Source: the human T2T-CHM13v2.0 reference genome, Homo sapiens
Assembly (NCBI RefSeq): GCF_009914755.1
Contig: NC_060930.1
Length of the DNA stretch: 64,000 bases
Direction: 5' to 3' (one strand)
The translations under genes were made by a program, and so were the position numbers. Below, one piece after another: positions 35,073 to 50,811 of this stretch (its first letter is position 1; the number at the start of each line of letters is the position of its first letter). A model generated the notes under the pieces. That model was not told the origin of the DNA, did no database searches, and saw nothing but the letters and a program-made list of their open reading frames with translations.

Positions 35073-38000
35073 ATTTATTTATTTAATTTCCATAGGTTAT
35101 TGGGGAACAGGTGAGGTGGCGTTTGGTTACATGAGTAAGTCCTTTAGTAGTGATCTGTGAGATTCTGGAGCACCCATCACCATAGTAGTGTACACTGCAC
35201 CTGTATTTGGAGTCTTTATCCCTCACCCTCTTCCCACCCTTTCCCCCTGATTTCCTCAAAGCCCATTGTGTCATTCTTATGCCTTTGCATCCTCATAGCT
35301 TAGCTCCCACTTATAAGTGAGAACATATAATGTTTGGTTTTCCATTCCTGAGTTACTTCACTTAGAATAACAGTCTCCAATCTAATCCAGGTCACTGCAA
35401 ATGCCACTAACTCATTCCTTTTTATAGCTAAGTAATATTCCATTTTACATATATATATATATATATATATCACAGTTTATTTATCCATTCATTGATAGGT
35501 AGGCATTTTGGTTGGTTCCACGATTTTGCAATTGTGAATTGTGCTGCTATAAACATGTGTGTGCAAGTATGACTTCTTTTCCCCTGGGTAGATACCCACT
35601 AGTGGGATTGCTGGATCAAATGGTAGTTCTACTTTTAGTTCTTTAAGGAATCTCCACATTGTTTTCCATAGTGGCTGTACTAGTTTACATTCCCACCAGC
35701 AGTGTAGAAGTGTTCCCTGATCACCACATCCATGCCAACATCTACTGTTTTTTTTTTTATTTTTTAATTTTTTGATTATGGCCATTCTTGCAGGAGTAAG
35801 GTGGTATCGCATTGCAGTTTTGATTTGCATTTCCCTGATCGTTAGTGATGTTAAGCATTTTTTCTTATGTCTGTTGGCCATTTGTGTATCTTCTTTTGAG
35901 AACTGTCTATTTATGTCCTTAGCCCACTTTTTGATGGGATTTTTTTTTCTTGCTGATTTGAGTTCATTGTAGATTCTGGATATTAGTCCTTTATCAGATG
36001 TATAGATTGTGAAGATTCTTTCCCATTCTGTGGGTTGTCTGTTTACTCTGCTGACTATTCCTTTTTGCCTTGCAAAAATTCTTTAGTTTAATTAAGTCCC
36101 AGAAATTTATCTTTGTTTTTATTGCGTTTGCTTTTAGGTTCCTGGTCATGAAATCCTTGCCTACGCCAATGTCTAGAAGGGTTTTTCCAATGTTATCTTC
36201 TAGAATTTTTACAGTTTCAGATCTTAGATTTAAGTCCTTAATCCATCTTGAGTTGATTTTTGAATAAGGTGAGAGATGAGGATCCAGTTTTATTCTCCTA
36301 CATGTAGCTAGTCAATTATCCCAGCACCATTTATTGAAAAGGTTGTCCTTCCCCCACTTTGTTTTTGTTGGCTTTGTTGAAGATCAGTAAGCTGTAAGTA
36401 TTTGGGTTTACTTCTGGGTTATCTGTTCTGTTCCATTGGTCTATGTGCCTATTTTTACACAAGTACCATGTTGTTTTAGTGACTATGGCCTTATAGTGTA
36501 GTTTGAAATCAGGTAATGTGATGCCTCCAGATTTGTTCTTTTTGCTTAGTCTTGCTTTGGCTATGTGGGCTCTTTTTTGGTTCCACATGAATTTTAGAAT
36601 TGTTTTTTTCTAATTCTGTGAAGAATAGTGAATTTTGATGGGAATTGCATTGAATGTGTAGATTGCTTTTGGCAGTATGGTCATTTTCTCAATACGGATT
36701 CTACCCATCCATGAACACAGGATGTGTTTTCATTTGTGTTGTCTATGATTTCTTTCAGCGGTGTTTTGTAGTTTTCCTTGTAGAGGTCTTTCACCTCCTT
36801 GGTTCGGTATATTCCTAAGTATTTTATTTTTTTGCAGTTATTGTAAAAGGGGTTGAGATCTTGATTTGATTCTCTGCTTGGTCAATGTTGGTGTATCGAA
36901 GAGCTACTGATTTGTGCACATTAATTTTGTATCCAGAAAATTTGTTGCACTCTTTTATCAGGTCTAAGAGCTTTCTGGAGGAGTCTTTAGGGTTTTTTAG
37001 GTAAGCAATCATATCATCAGCAAGCAGCAACAGCTTGACCTCCTCTTTACCAATTTGGATGCCATTTCTTACTCTTGTTTGATTGCTCTGGCTAGGACTT
37101 CCGGTACTATGTTGAAGAGGAGTGGTGAGAGTAGGCATTCTTGTCTTGTTCCAGTTCTCAGAGGAAATGCTATCAACTTTTCCCCATTCAGTATTATGCT
37201 GGTTGTGGGTTTGTCATAGATGGCTTTTATTATATTGATGTACGTCCCTTGTATGCCAGTTTTGCTAAGCGTTTTAATCATAAACGGATGCTGGAATTTG
37301 TCAAATGCTTTTTCTGCATCTATTGAGATGATCACGTGATTTTTATTTTTAATTCTGATTATGTGGTGTATCACATTTATTGACTTGCATATGTTAAACC
37401 TTCCCTGCATCCCTGGTATGAAACCCTTGATCATGGTGGATTATCTTTTTGATATGTTGTTGGATTAGTTAGCCAGTATTTTGTTAAGGATTTTAGCATC
37501 TATGTTAATCAGAAATATTGGTCTGTAGTTTTCTTTTTTGGTTATGTCCTTTTCTGGTTTGGGTATTAGGGTGATACTGGGCTAACAGAATGATTTAGGG
37601 AGGGTTTCCTCTTTCTCTATCTTGCGGAATAGTGTCAATAGGATTGATACCAACTCTTCTTTCAATGTCTGGTAGAATTCTGCTGTGAATCTGTCTAGTC
37701 CTGGGCATTTTTTTGTTGGTAATTTAAAAATTACCATTTCAATCTCACTGCTTGTCTGTTCAGGGTATCTAATTCTTCCTGATTTAAGCTAGGAGGATTG
37801 TATCTTTCCAGAAATTAATCCAACTCTTCTAGGTTTTCTAGTTTATGTGTGTAAAGGTGTTCATAGTAGCCTTGAATGATTTTTTGTATTTCTGTGGTGT
37901 CAGTTGTACTGTCTCCCATTTCATTTCTTACTGAGCTTATTTGGATTTTCTCTCTTCCTTTCTTGGTTAGTCTTGCTAATGGTCTATCAATTTTATCTTA

Positions 38001-41000
38001 AAAAAAAAAACAGCTTTTTGTTTCATTTATCTTCTGTATTGTTTTTTGTTTCAACTTCATTTAGTTTTGCTCTGGATCTTGGTTATTTCCTTTCTTCTGC
38101 GGGGTTTGGGTTTGGTTCATTCTTGTTTCTCTTGATCCTTGAGGTGTGACCTTAGACTGTCTGTTTGTGTTCTTTCAAATTTTTTGATGTAGGCATTTAG
38201 GGCTATGACCTTTCCTCTTACCACTGCCTTTACTGTGTCCCAGAGGTTTTGATAGGTTGTGTCACTACTGTCATTCAGTTCGAAGAATTTTTTGATTTTC
38301 ATTTTGATTTCGTTTTTGACCCAATGCTCATTCAGGGGCAGGTTATTTAATTTCCATGTATTTGCATGGTTTTGGAGGTTCCTTTTGGAGTTGATTTCCA
38401 GTTTTATTCCACTGTGGTCTGAGAGAGTGCTTCATATAATTTCAATTTTCTTAAATTTATTGAGGGTCATTTTGTGGCCTCTCATATGGTCTATCTTGAA
38501 GAAAGTTCCATGTGCTATTGAAAAGAATGTATATTCTGTGGTTGATGGATGGAATGTTCTATATACATCTGTTAAGTCCATTTGTTCCAGGGTACTGTTT
38601 AAATTCATTGTTTCTTTGTTGACTTTCTGTCTTGATGACCTGTCTAGTGCTGTCAGTGGAGTATTGAAGTCCCCCACTATTATTGTGTTGCTATCTCATT
38701 TCTTAGGTCTATTAGTAATCGTTTTTACAAACTTGGGAGCTCCAGTGTTAGGTACATATATGTTTAGGATTGTAATATTTTCCTGTTGGACGAGACTTTT
38801 ATCATTATATAATGTCCTTTTTTTGTCTTTTTTAACTGCTGTTAAAGTTTGTATTGTCTGATATAAGAATAGCTCTTCCTGCTCACTTTTTGTGCCCATT
38901 TTTCTGAAATGTCTTTTTCCACCCCTTTACCTTAAGTTTGTGTGAGTCTTTATGTGTTAGGTGAGTCTCTCGAAGGCAGCAGGTAGTTGGCTGGTGAATT
39001 CTTATCCATTCTGCAATTCTGTATCTTTTAAGTGGGGCATTTAGGCCATTTACATTCAATGTTAGTATTGAGATGTGAGGTACCATTCCATTCATTGTGC
39101 TATTTGTTGCCTGTATACCTTGGTTTTTTGTTTTTGTTTTTAAAATTATATATTTTTTATAGGTCCTATGAGATTTATGCTTTACAGAGGTTCTCTTTTG
39201 ATGTGTTTCCAGAATTTGTTTCAAGATTTAGAGCTCCTTTTAGCAGTTCTTGTAGTGGTGGCTTGGTAGTGGTGAATTCTCTCAGCATTCATTTGTCTGA
39301 AAAAGAATGTATCTTTCCTTTATATATGAAGCTTAGTTTCACTGGATACAAAATTCTTGGCTGATAATTGTTTTATTTGAGGAGGCTGAAGATAGGGCCT
39401 CAATCCCTTCTAGCTTGTAGGGTTTCTGCTGAGAAATCTGCTGCTAATGTATAATTTAAAGGTATAGTTATACCTTTAAAGGTATAACTATAAACGTTTT
39501 CCTTTATAGGTTACCTGATGCTTCTGTCTCACAGCTCTTAAGATTCTTTCCTTCATCCTAACATTAGACAACCTGATGACAATGTGTCTAGGTAATGTTC
39601 TTTTTGTGATGAATTTCCCTGATGTTCTTTGTGCTTCTTGTATTTATACGTCTAGGTCTCTAGCAAGGCTGGGGAAATTTTCCTCAATTATTCCCCCAAA
39701 TATATTTTCCAAAGTTTTAGAATTCTCTTGTTCCTCAGGAACACCAATTATTCTTAGGTTTGGTTGTTAAACAAAATCCCAGACTTCCTGGAGGCTTTGT
39801 TCGTATTTTCTTATTCTTTTTTCTTTGCTAGATTGGGTTAATTTGAAGACCTTGTCTTTGAGCTATGGGTTTCTTTCTTCTACATGTTCAATTCTATTGC
39901 TGAGACTTTCCAGAGCATTTTGCATTTCTATAAGTGTGTCCATTGTTTCCTGAAGTTTTGATTGTTTTTATTTATGCTATCTAGTTCCTTGAATATTTCT
40001 CCCTTCACTTCTTGTATCATTTTTTGGATTTCCTTACACTGGGCTTCGCCTTTCTCTGGTGCCTCCCTAATTAGCTTAATAACTAACCTCCTGAATTCTT
40101 TATCAGGTAAATCAGGGATTTGTTGGTTTGGGTCCATTGCTGGTGAGCTAGTGTGATTTTTTTGGAGGATTTAAAGAACCTTATTTTGTCATATTATCAG
40201 AGTTGGTTTTCTGGTTCCTTCTCATTTGGGTAGGCTCTGTCAGACAGAAAGTCTAGGGCTGAAGGCTGTTGTTCAGATTCTTTTGTCCCATGGGGTCTTC
40301 CCTTGATGTAGTACTCTCCCCCTTTTCCTATGGATGTGGCTTCCTGTGAGCCAAGCTGTAGTGATTGTTATCTCTCTTCTGGATCTAGCCACCCAGCAAG
40401 TCTATCAGGCTCCAGGCTGGTACTGGGGGGTTGTCTCACAGAGTCCTGTGATGTGAACTGTCTGTGGGTCTCTCAGCCATGTATACCAGCACCTGTTCTG
40501 GTAGAGGTGGCAGAAATGAACTCTGTGAGGGTTTTTAGCTTTGGTGGTTTAAGGCGCTATTTTTGTGCTGGTTGGCCTCCTGCCAGGAGGTGGCACTTTC
40601 TAGACAGTGTCAGCTGTGGTAGTATGGGGAGGAAGAGGTGGGAGGCAGGGCCCTAGAACTCCCAAGAGTATATGCCCCTTGTCTTCAGTTACCAGGGTAG
40701 GTAGGGAAGGACCACTGGGCAAGGGCAGGGCTAGGCATGTTTGAGTTCAGACTTTCCTTGGGCGGGTCTTGCTGCGGCTGCTGTGGGGGTTGGGGGTGAG
40801 GTTCCCAGGTCAATGGAGTTATGTTCCTAGGAGGATTATGACTGTCTCTACTGTGTCATGCAGGTTGTCAGGGAAGTGGGGGAAAGCCGACAGTCACAGG
40901 CCTCACTCAGCTCCCATGCAATCCAAAGGACCAGTCTCATTCCCACTGTGCCCCCCAGCAACAGCACTGAATGTGTTTCCAGGCAGTGGGCAAGCACATC

Positions 41001-41850
41001 TCAGAATCTGCCCCAGGCTACCCAACTCCCAGCTGCGAAGGCAAATACAGCTTTTCTTCTTCCCCTGCCTGTGGTGTCTGCACACAGATTCACACCCTCC
41101 CCCGAGTTCTGGCCAAGAGGCTTCTCAATCAGCATGGACACAGGAAGGGGAACATCACACACTGGGAACTGTTGTGGGTGGGGGGAGGGCGGAGGGATAC
41201 CACTAGGAGATATACCTAATGCTAAATGACGAGTTAATGGGTGCAGCACACCAACATGGCACATGTATACATATGTAACAAACCTGCACGTTGTGCACAT
41301 GTACCCTAAAACTTATAGTATAATAATAATAAAATTAAAAAAAAATTGTTACAAAGTTCAGCTGGAGATTTCTTTCTCCCTGTGGCCTTTTCCCTGTGCC
41401 TCTGGCCACCGTCCTGAAGGACCCCTGTAAGGCCAGGCAAAAACGGCTTGCTAGGGGACCCAGTAAGCCCACAGGGATTTTTTTCACTGCTTCTTCTATC
41501 CCTGTATTTTGCTTGGCTCTCTAAATTGACTCAGTTCCAGGTAAGGTCAAAATCTTCTCCTGTTATCTAGGCCTACGGTTTCCCCAGTGCGGGGTGTGTG
41601 TTCAGGGGCAGAGGATCTCCCTTTCCTGCCTCCACAGTTTGGGCACTCATAGTATTTGGGGTGTCTTCTGGGTCTGGTAGGAGCAATCTGCTTTCTTCAG
41701 GGAGTCTGTGGGTCATCTCAGGTTTCCTGATTTATTCCTGCAGTCATTCTGGAGCAAAAATTCACAATGCGAGCCTCCATATGCTGCTCTGTTGGTTCAA
41801 GTTGGAGCTGCAATCTAGTCCTGCCTCCCAGTCACCACGATCCCCACTTC
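35073..41850 (-). mobile_element. Near full-length L1PB (PB1-like) nested in the older L1
   Basis: L1PB-type 3' end aatttccataggttattggggaacagg, ORF2 RT/EN fragments (37069..37434, 38432..38677, 38883..39224), ORF1 (39928..40137) and a 5' UTR. The host sequence resumes after a degenerate TSD. Confidence 0.88.
41133..41345 (+). mobile_element. Young L1PA 3' end inserted in opposite orientation in the L1PB 5' UTR
   Basis: ggacacaggaaggggaacatcacacac...gtaccctaaaactta followed by an A-rich tail. Confidence 0.92.
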
Positions 41851-44800
41851 TCGTTGATTACATTTAGTTCTGCTCTGACTTTGGCTATTTGTTTTCTTCT
41901 GCTAGCTTTGGGATTAGTTTGTTCTTGTTTTTCTAGTTCCTTTATGTGTGATGTTAGGTTATTAATTTGAGATCTTTCTAACTTCTTGATGTAGGTGTTT
42001 AGTGCTATAAACTTTCCTCTTAAAACTGCCTTTGCTGCCTCCCAGATATTTTGGTATGTTGTGTCTGTTTTCATTTGTTTCAAAGAATGTTTTGATTTCT
42101 GCCTTAATTTTGTTGTTTACCCAATAGTCATTCAGGAACAAGTTGTTCAGTTTCCATGTAATTGTGTGGTTTTGAGAGTTCCTCTTGGTATTCATTTCTA
42201 TTTTTATTCTACTGTGGTCTAAGAATATACTTGTTATGATTTGATTTTTTTGATTTATTGAGATTTGCTTTATGGCTGAGCATGTGGTGGATCTTAGAGT
42301 ATGTACCCTGTAGAGGTGACAAGAACATACATTCTGTGGTTGTTGGGTGGAGTAGTCTGTAGATGTCTATTAGGTCCAATTGGTCTAGTGTCAAATTTAA
42401 GTTCATAATTTCTTTGTTAGTTTTCTGCCTCAATGATCTGTCTAATGCTTTCAGTGGGGTGATGAACTCCCTCATTATTGTTGTGTGGCTGTCTGTCTTT
42501 TATTAGGTCAAGAAGTACTTCTCTTATAAATCTAGGTGCTCCAATGTTGGGTGTGTATATATTTAGGATAGTTAAGTCTTTTTCCCCCCTAATCTCTCAT
42601 CTCTGGCTGAAAATTAAGTCTTCTTGTTGAATTGAACCATTTATCATTATGTAATGTCCTTCTTTGTACTTTTTCTTTTTTTACTGTTGTTGGTTTTCAG
42701 TTTATTTTATCTGATACAAGAGCAACAACCTCTGTCCTTTTTTGTTTTCTATTGGGATGGTGGATCTTTTTTCATCCCTTTACTTTGAGGCTATGCGTGT
42801 CATTACATGAGATGGATGTACTGAAGACAGTACATCTTTTTTTTTAATCCAACTTGCCACTCTGTGTCTTTTCAGTCAGGTGTTTGTACCATTTACATTC
42901 AAGGTTAGTATTCATATGTGAGGTTTCATTCCTGTCATCATATTGTTAGTTGGTTGCTTTATAGTCTCAGCTGTGAAGTTGCTTTGTAGGAATTATGGAC
43001 TATGTACTTATATGTGTTTCTGTGGTAGCAGGTTTCTTTTGTTTCCAAGTTTAGAACTCCCTTAAGCACGTCTTTTAAGGCCAGTTGATTGGTAACACAT
43101 TCCCTTAGCAATTGCTTGTCTGGGAAAGATTTTATTTCACTTTCACTTATGAAGCTTAGTTTGGTAGGTTATGAAATTCTTAGTTGGAAATTCTTCTCTT
43201 TAAGAATACTAAAAATAGGCTACAAATCTCTAGCTTGTAAAGTTTCTTTTGAGAAGTCTGTCGTTAGCCTGATGAGGTTCCTTTTATAGGTGATTTGTTC
43301 CTTTTCTCTAGCTGCCATTAAGATTTTTTCTTGTGTTGATCTTGGAAAGCTTGATGACTCTGTGCCTTGGGATGGTCATCTTGTATAGTATCTTGTAGGG
43401 GTTCTCTGAATTTCTTGTATTCACATGTCAATCTCTCCAGCAAGACTGGGTAAATTTTTGTGGATTATATCCTCAAATATGTTCTCCAAGTTGCTCACTC
43501 TCTCTTCTCTCTCAGAAATGCCAATGAATTGTAGGTTTGGTTGCTTTACTTAACACCATATTTCTTGGAGGTTTTGTTCATTTTGTAAAATTCCTTTTTT
43601 CTTTATTTTTGTCTGTCTGGGTTGATTCAAAGGACTCGTCTTCAAGCTCTGAAATTCTCTCCTCTGTGTGATCTAGTCTGTCATTAAGGCTTCCAACTAC
43701 ATTTTCAAATTCCTGTAGTGAACTTTTCAATTGTAGAAGTTCAGTTTAGTTCTTTTTAAATATAGCTATCTCATCTTTCATATCTTGGATCATTTTCCTG
43801 GCTTCCTTGTATTGGATTTCAAATTTCTCTTGGATCTTATTGAGCTTCCTTGCCATCCAGATTCTGAATTCTGTGTCTATAATTTCAGACATTTCAATGT
43901 GGTTAGGATTCATTGCTAGGGAGCTAATGCCATCCTTTAGAGGTAAACAAAACATTCTGACTTTTTGCATTGCCTAAGTTCTTGAGCTGATTCCTTCTCG
44001 TCTGAGGGAGCTGGCTTTTCTTTTTCTTTGTCAATTTGCTTTCATTTGGATAGGGCTTTTTGTTTTTACATTCTTTTTTCCCGTAAGGGTTGACTGTGGT
44101 GAATGTTGTATATAGTTGATCGGTTTCGTTTCTGAGCGCTTTCAGAGGGTCAAGGCTCTGTTCTAGGTTCTGAGGTTATAGATGGGCTCCTGTGGTGCAT
44201 TTCAGAGGTGTTGCACGGTGAAACAATGTATTTTTGTTTGGTGGTGCCATTCAGGTTGCAGTCTCGTAGACAGCTCTTCACAGTGACATCAGGGCCAGCA
44301 GATATACTCTTACTCAGCCAGACACCTCTTATTTTTCAGTGCGTATGTGGCAGTGCTCTGGGGAGGGGAGGCAGGGGCCAAGAGATAAGTCTCAGTCCAA
44401 GTTTGTTTCCAGGCCTTGGGCCTTGGTGCTGTCCCCTTCAAGTACTGGTGCTGCACCCATGTTTTCTTTGCTCAAAAGGGGGCTTTGGCAGGCTGTGCTA
44501 CCCTCTCCCTTTAGGGATGGTCCCAGCTGAGAGATCATCAGGAGATCTCTAACTCTTGGGGGGCCCACTGTGCTTGTGAGAGTCAGAGCAGGTTGTGGGA
44601 TATGACTACTAGCGGTCTGGTGTTGCAGTGGGTTGGGGTGAAGAATCCCTGGGCAGGGCAATGGTATCATGTATACGCAAGTGGAAAAGTGCCTGTGGCC
44701 CAGGGTTTCCAGCCTGGCAGACAGCTGTGGGGCCCACTCAGCTTGTGCTCCTCTGACCCAACAGGTCTTCCTCCAGTGTCTGCCCCAGGAGCATTTTGAC

Positions 44801-47800
44801 TGGCTAGACTTGTTCCAAGCCTTCTGCTCTCAGATCACTGAGCTGTTCCAGATGATGTGGGCTGCAGGGCTCCCTGGGAAAGAAGATGTGGCTTTCAGGC
44901 CGCACCCTTCTCAGATGGGTCTTGTGAAGGGAGGGACACCCAGCTCCTACATTTGTACAAGAACCTGCACCAGCATAAGAACCTAAGTCACAATCTTCTT
45001 TTTGTTCTGACACTGGGAGCTCTTCCTCCACTTGAGCTCAGGCCATAGATCTCAGCACGATACTCGTGGGCAGTGTGCTTGAGTCCCAGGGAGTTGAAAC
45101 CAGGCCTGCAGATTTGTCTTCTGGCCCCTCGGGGTTAAGCACTGGCTGTGCTGGGGGTGCCAGACTGCTTCCAGGCCACCAGCAAAACACTCAGGTAGGG
45201 AAGCGCGGGGGCTGCGCTATGGATATCCTCCTGTGGGAGTGGCCAGGCAGGAAATCTTGGGAGGGGCCAGCAGGTGAGGGGGCATTCATCCTGGTCCTGC
45301 AGCAATGGTCCTGGCCAGTAGAGAACAGGAACTGCAGAGCAAGATGGAGCGCCTTGGGGGATGGGCACCTATGGTCATGTTTTACTGCAGCTGGCATGTG
45401 GTGGCTCCGAGCAGGTTTCCCGGCTTCCTCCCTCTTCAACTATGTTGAAGGCAACTGTGTTGCCTCTCTATTGATTTTCAGTATTTTCTCTCAAAAGATC
45501 TGTTGATCATCAGCATGATGATTCACTCGATATTTTGGTTCCTCTTGGTGGGAGAGGCATTTGCTAGCTTTGTCTAGTTGGCTGTCTTCCTTCCCTCTCT
45601 GGAATTATCCTTCTAATGACTGAACTTTGGCTTTAGGAACAGTTTAGCCACTGATGCTTCCCTAAAGCCACTTATATTATTACAAATTAGGGAAATTATC
45701 AGTTAAAGCAACTGCATTGTTTATTTGTATGTTTTAACACCACTTTAGATGATCCATTTAAAAATATTAATATGAACAAAAGAGGCATTTTTATGAGACT
45801 GACTCGCTGCCTACTGTGATAAGAAGGCACTGAAAGAGGCATTTTTTAAAATAAAAATATTATGGATCCCTAATACTGAAATCAGTTCAGGAAAAGGTGA
45901 TGTATTTCCATTAAATGGATAATTGTGTTCAAAGAGACAATTTAGGAATTCTTCCTCAACATTGCTATTTTTATTGCTCTGAACTTCTGAACCACAATAT
46001 CATTAGAGGATTAAAGTGTGTTACAGAAATCTCATCACTTTCTGTCTGCAAATATTCTGGGAGATGTAGCTCCTACGATTCCGATATCTACCTTAGAACA
46101 GAAAACTAAGAATAACTTGGTTCTATGAAAGAGAAGAGTATTTAGCAGAAATATATCTTACCAGTAAAAATTATTTTACCAAGTTTTACTTGTCTGCCAT
46201 AGGAGACTTCAGATAAGAATATAAGGCATAGTAAGTTTTCTGTACTTCAAGCAATTTAAGAAATTTGAATAGTTCCATAGAACTTGTTCAACTACTTTAC
46301 CTTTTCTTTAATACAATGAGCAACTTACTGTTACTATTTCCCAAATAACCAATATATAAAGTTGTATTTTGAAAATCATATTCTAGAAGTCTTCCTGAGA
46401 CTCTTCAGGTAAATGTTACTAACTATGGGATAGCTATTGAGTATGAATCCATACATCGACCACATGAGTACTATACAGTAGAGAGAGATTTGTACATTGG
46501 TTGAAAAATTTCTATATTAACCAATCATAACAAAACCACTCAACACTGGTATTCAAACATTGTGTGTCCAAATTATGAACAATGTGATTTAAATGTGAAA
46601 GAAAACACAAATGGTTATGGTTGTCCCATTGTGATTTAATGTTTACTCTATTAAAAATAATTTTGTAAATTAGTATTCATTCTATGAAAAAGTCTTAATC
46701 ATAATGTTCAAATAAAAATAATTTTTAAATTTATTATCCAGTTATTTAAAGACAGACTCTTACAATGATATCTGATTTTTGCAGATCTCTTTCTTAATGG
46801 CCTCAGGTGGGCTTGTGCTAACATGAGGTATCAACAGACAAAAAGTAAAATTTTACATGTTAAAACAGAAGGAATTGACACATAAGTAGAACTTTTCTCA
46901 TGGGAATCATGAGCCCAGCCTTGTAATGCTGATTAGAGAAGTGTATACCCCAGACTGCCACATGCCAGCTCCTTACTTACATACAATAACAAATGAGAAA
47001 CTGGGATGAATGTACACCAAGATTTAATGAAACAAAATAATCCGTTCTCCGTACTCAGGCATAATTTATCTTTTCACAGAAAGAAATTAGGCAAATTTTA
47101 CTAGATTAGGCTGATAATTACGGTTAAACCATGGCAAAATCATACCAAATACAAAAAACACCTGTATAGCAGCAAAAGAAAAAATTTTAAGCAATTCTAT
47201 CATTTCTTAAAGACTACCAACACTGATAAACCCATGAGGAAAGAAACGTGAATGTGCTTTAATGTATATACAATTTACATAAGCTAATCTTTATCTTTTG
47301 TTTCCCTTATATTTAAAAAAGATTTTTATTCTAACTACATGTTGTATGGGTGAAAGTTCAAGAATCAGCATTTTGTGATATTATTTTGGTCCCAGAATTT
47401 TCATGTGACAATTATTACTTCTATGAATAAAAGATTTTAAACACAATGCATGGACTAGAGTACTTCTTAAATCGTGTGTATAAAATGCTTGTTTATGCAG
47501 TATATTCTCAAAATGACAAAAACAGCAAAAACATGGCATGAATGTCCCACATCCACAGCATTGTATGGTTTGCTGCTGAGCCTTAGAACCTCTTTCATAC
47601 AACATTCCAATCAGTTCCTAGTAATCAGTTAATTGACATGTAAGATAAAAATACACTTGTCATTCTTCCAAAGGACTATAATAACAATGTTATAATTTCC
47701 AATATCAGCATGAATCATTAATTGGATTTTATAAGAGAAAATACCAATTCACAAATAATTTCAGGAACACCAACTGCATAGTTACACAGGTATTCTAATC

Positions 47801-48319
47801 AAGTATAAAGACACATTCTGAAGAAAGAATTTATAAACTTTATAAAACAAATTATGCTTTCTGTCTTATTTTTCATTGTGTATAAATCATTGCCAAAGTA
47901 AGAAAGGTAAGAATTTATGATTTATCATTTACATGCTAAGAATAATAAACAGGCTTTTCTAAAGGCAAACCTAAGGTTCAATGAAAATAAAGGATTTTCT
48001 AACAATTAAAGATAGCTATTAGGTGGAATGGAGGAATGGACCACCTTGCAAAGCAGCAAATGAGCTTATTATCCATGAAACTTTTATTTGAATGCAGAAT
48101 GATCATCTGATTAGGATGCAGGAGTACAGAGTACAGCTCTGAGTGAGAAGTTGGATGAGACGACTTCCAAAGTCACTTCCAACCTTAATATACTGTGACT
48201 CCGAGGCACTTCCAACCCTAATATACTGTGACTCTCTTACACCTTCTATTATATATACTCCAGATACATGAGCAAATATTTAAAAAATTATATTCCCAAG
48301 AAAACTTAATATTACTTAC

Positions 48320-48426
48320 CTCTGCAACCTTGAGAAATTCAGACACTCGTGTCATTCTAGTTAGAAATCGTTTGTAAATTTCTAGAGCATCTTTACATTG
48401 TCCTTTCTTCATTTCAAAAAACTTTT
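48320..48426 (-). CDS. SNAP91: AP180 exon ~8 (107 nt): (E)[39 protein letters not shown] domain
   Basis: Core of ORF 48218..48451. Acceptor tcttctctag|AA and donor GAG|gtaagt. Confidence 0.98.
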
Positions 48427-49392
48427 CTAGAGAAGATAAAGAGATAAGCAATTTGAAAAGAGTATTATGTTCTATTTTTTTCTAAGCTTATGTTAAGATT
48501 ACTACTCAAAACTTAATTAATGTTTGAATCAAAACACTTGGCAGTAAAACTTATATGAGGTATTAAGGCACCTAAACAAAGGGAACCTGAATAGATTAAG
48601 AAAAGTGTTATGTTCCAAGATAATCATCTGTCTCAAATAAAACAATTTAAATAATGAAAACAGAACTAAAGTAGAAGAATATATGAATTGCCACAACTGG
48701 CTAAATTCATGTTCCATATCCAATATCCTGTCTTGGAAAATAGCAGCAAATTCTTCCTAAGGATAATCTCAAAATTTATGACTGCATTCTACAGAATCCT
48801 TATTTTCTTATTAGCTCGCAATAAACTAATAATCTATAAATTATAAGACAATAATCAATAAACCTTCCTGAATTAAAGAATTCTTTAAGTTTTCTACACT
48901 AAGTTGATACTTGCTTTTATTGGTCATAAATTATTTCTTTCAAACATCATGATGTGGCTTTTATTTATAAAACAGTAGACTTTTGTGAAAAAATTTGTTT
49001 TACTATATTCTTCATGACTTTCTAGTCTATTTATGCTCTCTTTCTCAACCTTTAGCTTTCTAGACAGAAAAACAGAAGCTTATTTTGCTGTTCTCTTTCA
49101 CACTCTCAAGACTAGAATGCTGTCATTAGGGAACTACAGCTCCATTACCCTTGCAATATGAGAGTATAATTTTTCCATACATGCTTTGAAGAAAACCAGT
49201 ACTTCATCAGTGTTTTAATCAGTTATTCATTGATCATTCAGTCAATAATTATTGACACTGCAGATGGAGACACAGCAGGCCATGTCTGCCTACAGTAGTT
49301 CCCAGGCAACTCTGGTTTATACCTGATGGCCTAGCATCTTCTTTATAAGTTCATTATTTTATATTTGCACATGGTTTAAAATATGCTATTTT

Positions 49393-50811
<1,419 letters not shown>

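Larger units (their letters stand above)
32105..45595 (-). mobile_element. Near full-length old L1PA (PA15/16-like) host, in two parts: 32105-35072 and ~41851-45595
   Basis: 3' UTR at 32.1 kb, ORF2 fragments (33560..33763, 34144..34428, 41832..42475), an ORF1 fragment (43746..43970) and a GC-rich 5' UTR at 44.1-45.6 kb. Confidence 0.88.

Noticed and set aside
33106-45506. Many ORFs with RT/endonuclease-like or GC-rich peptides, including the 200-aa 38259..38861
   Set aside because: Frameshifted L1 ORF1, ORF2 and 5' UTR remnants or their antisense. No intact retroelement is present.
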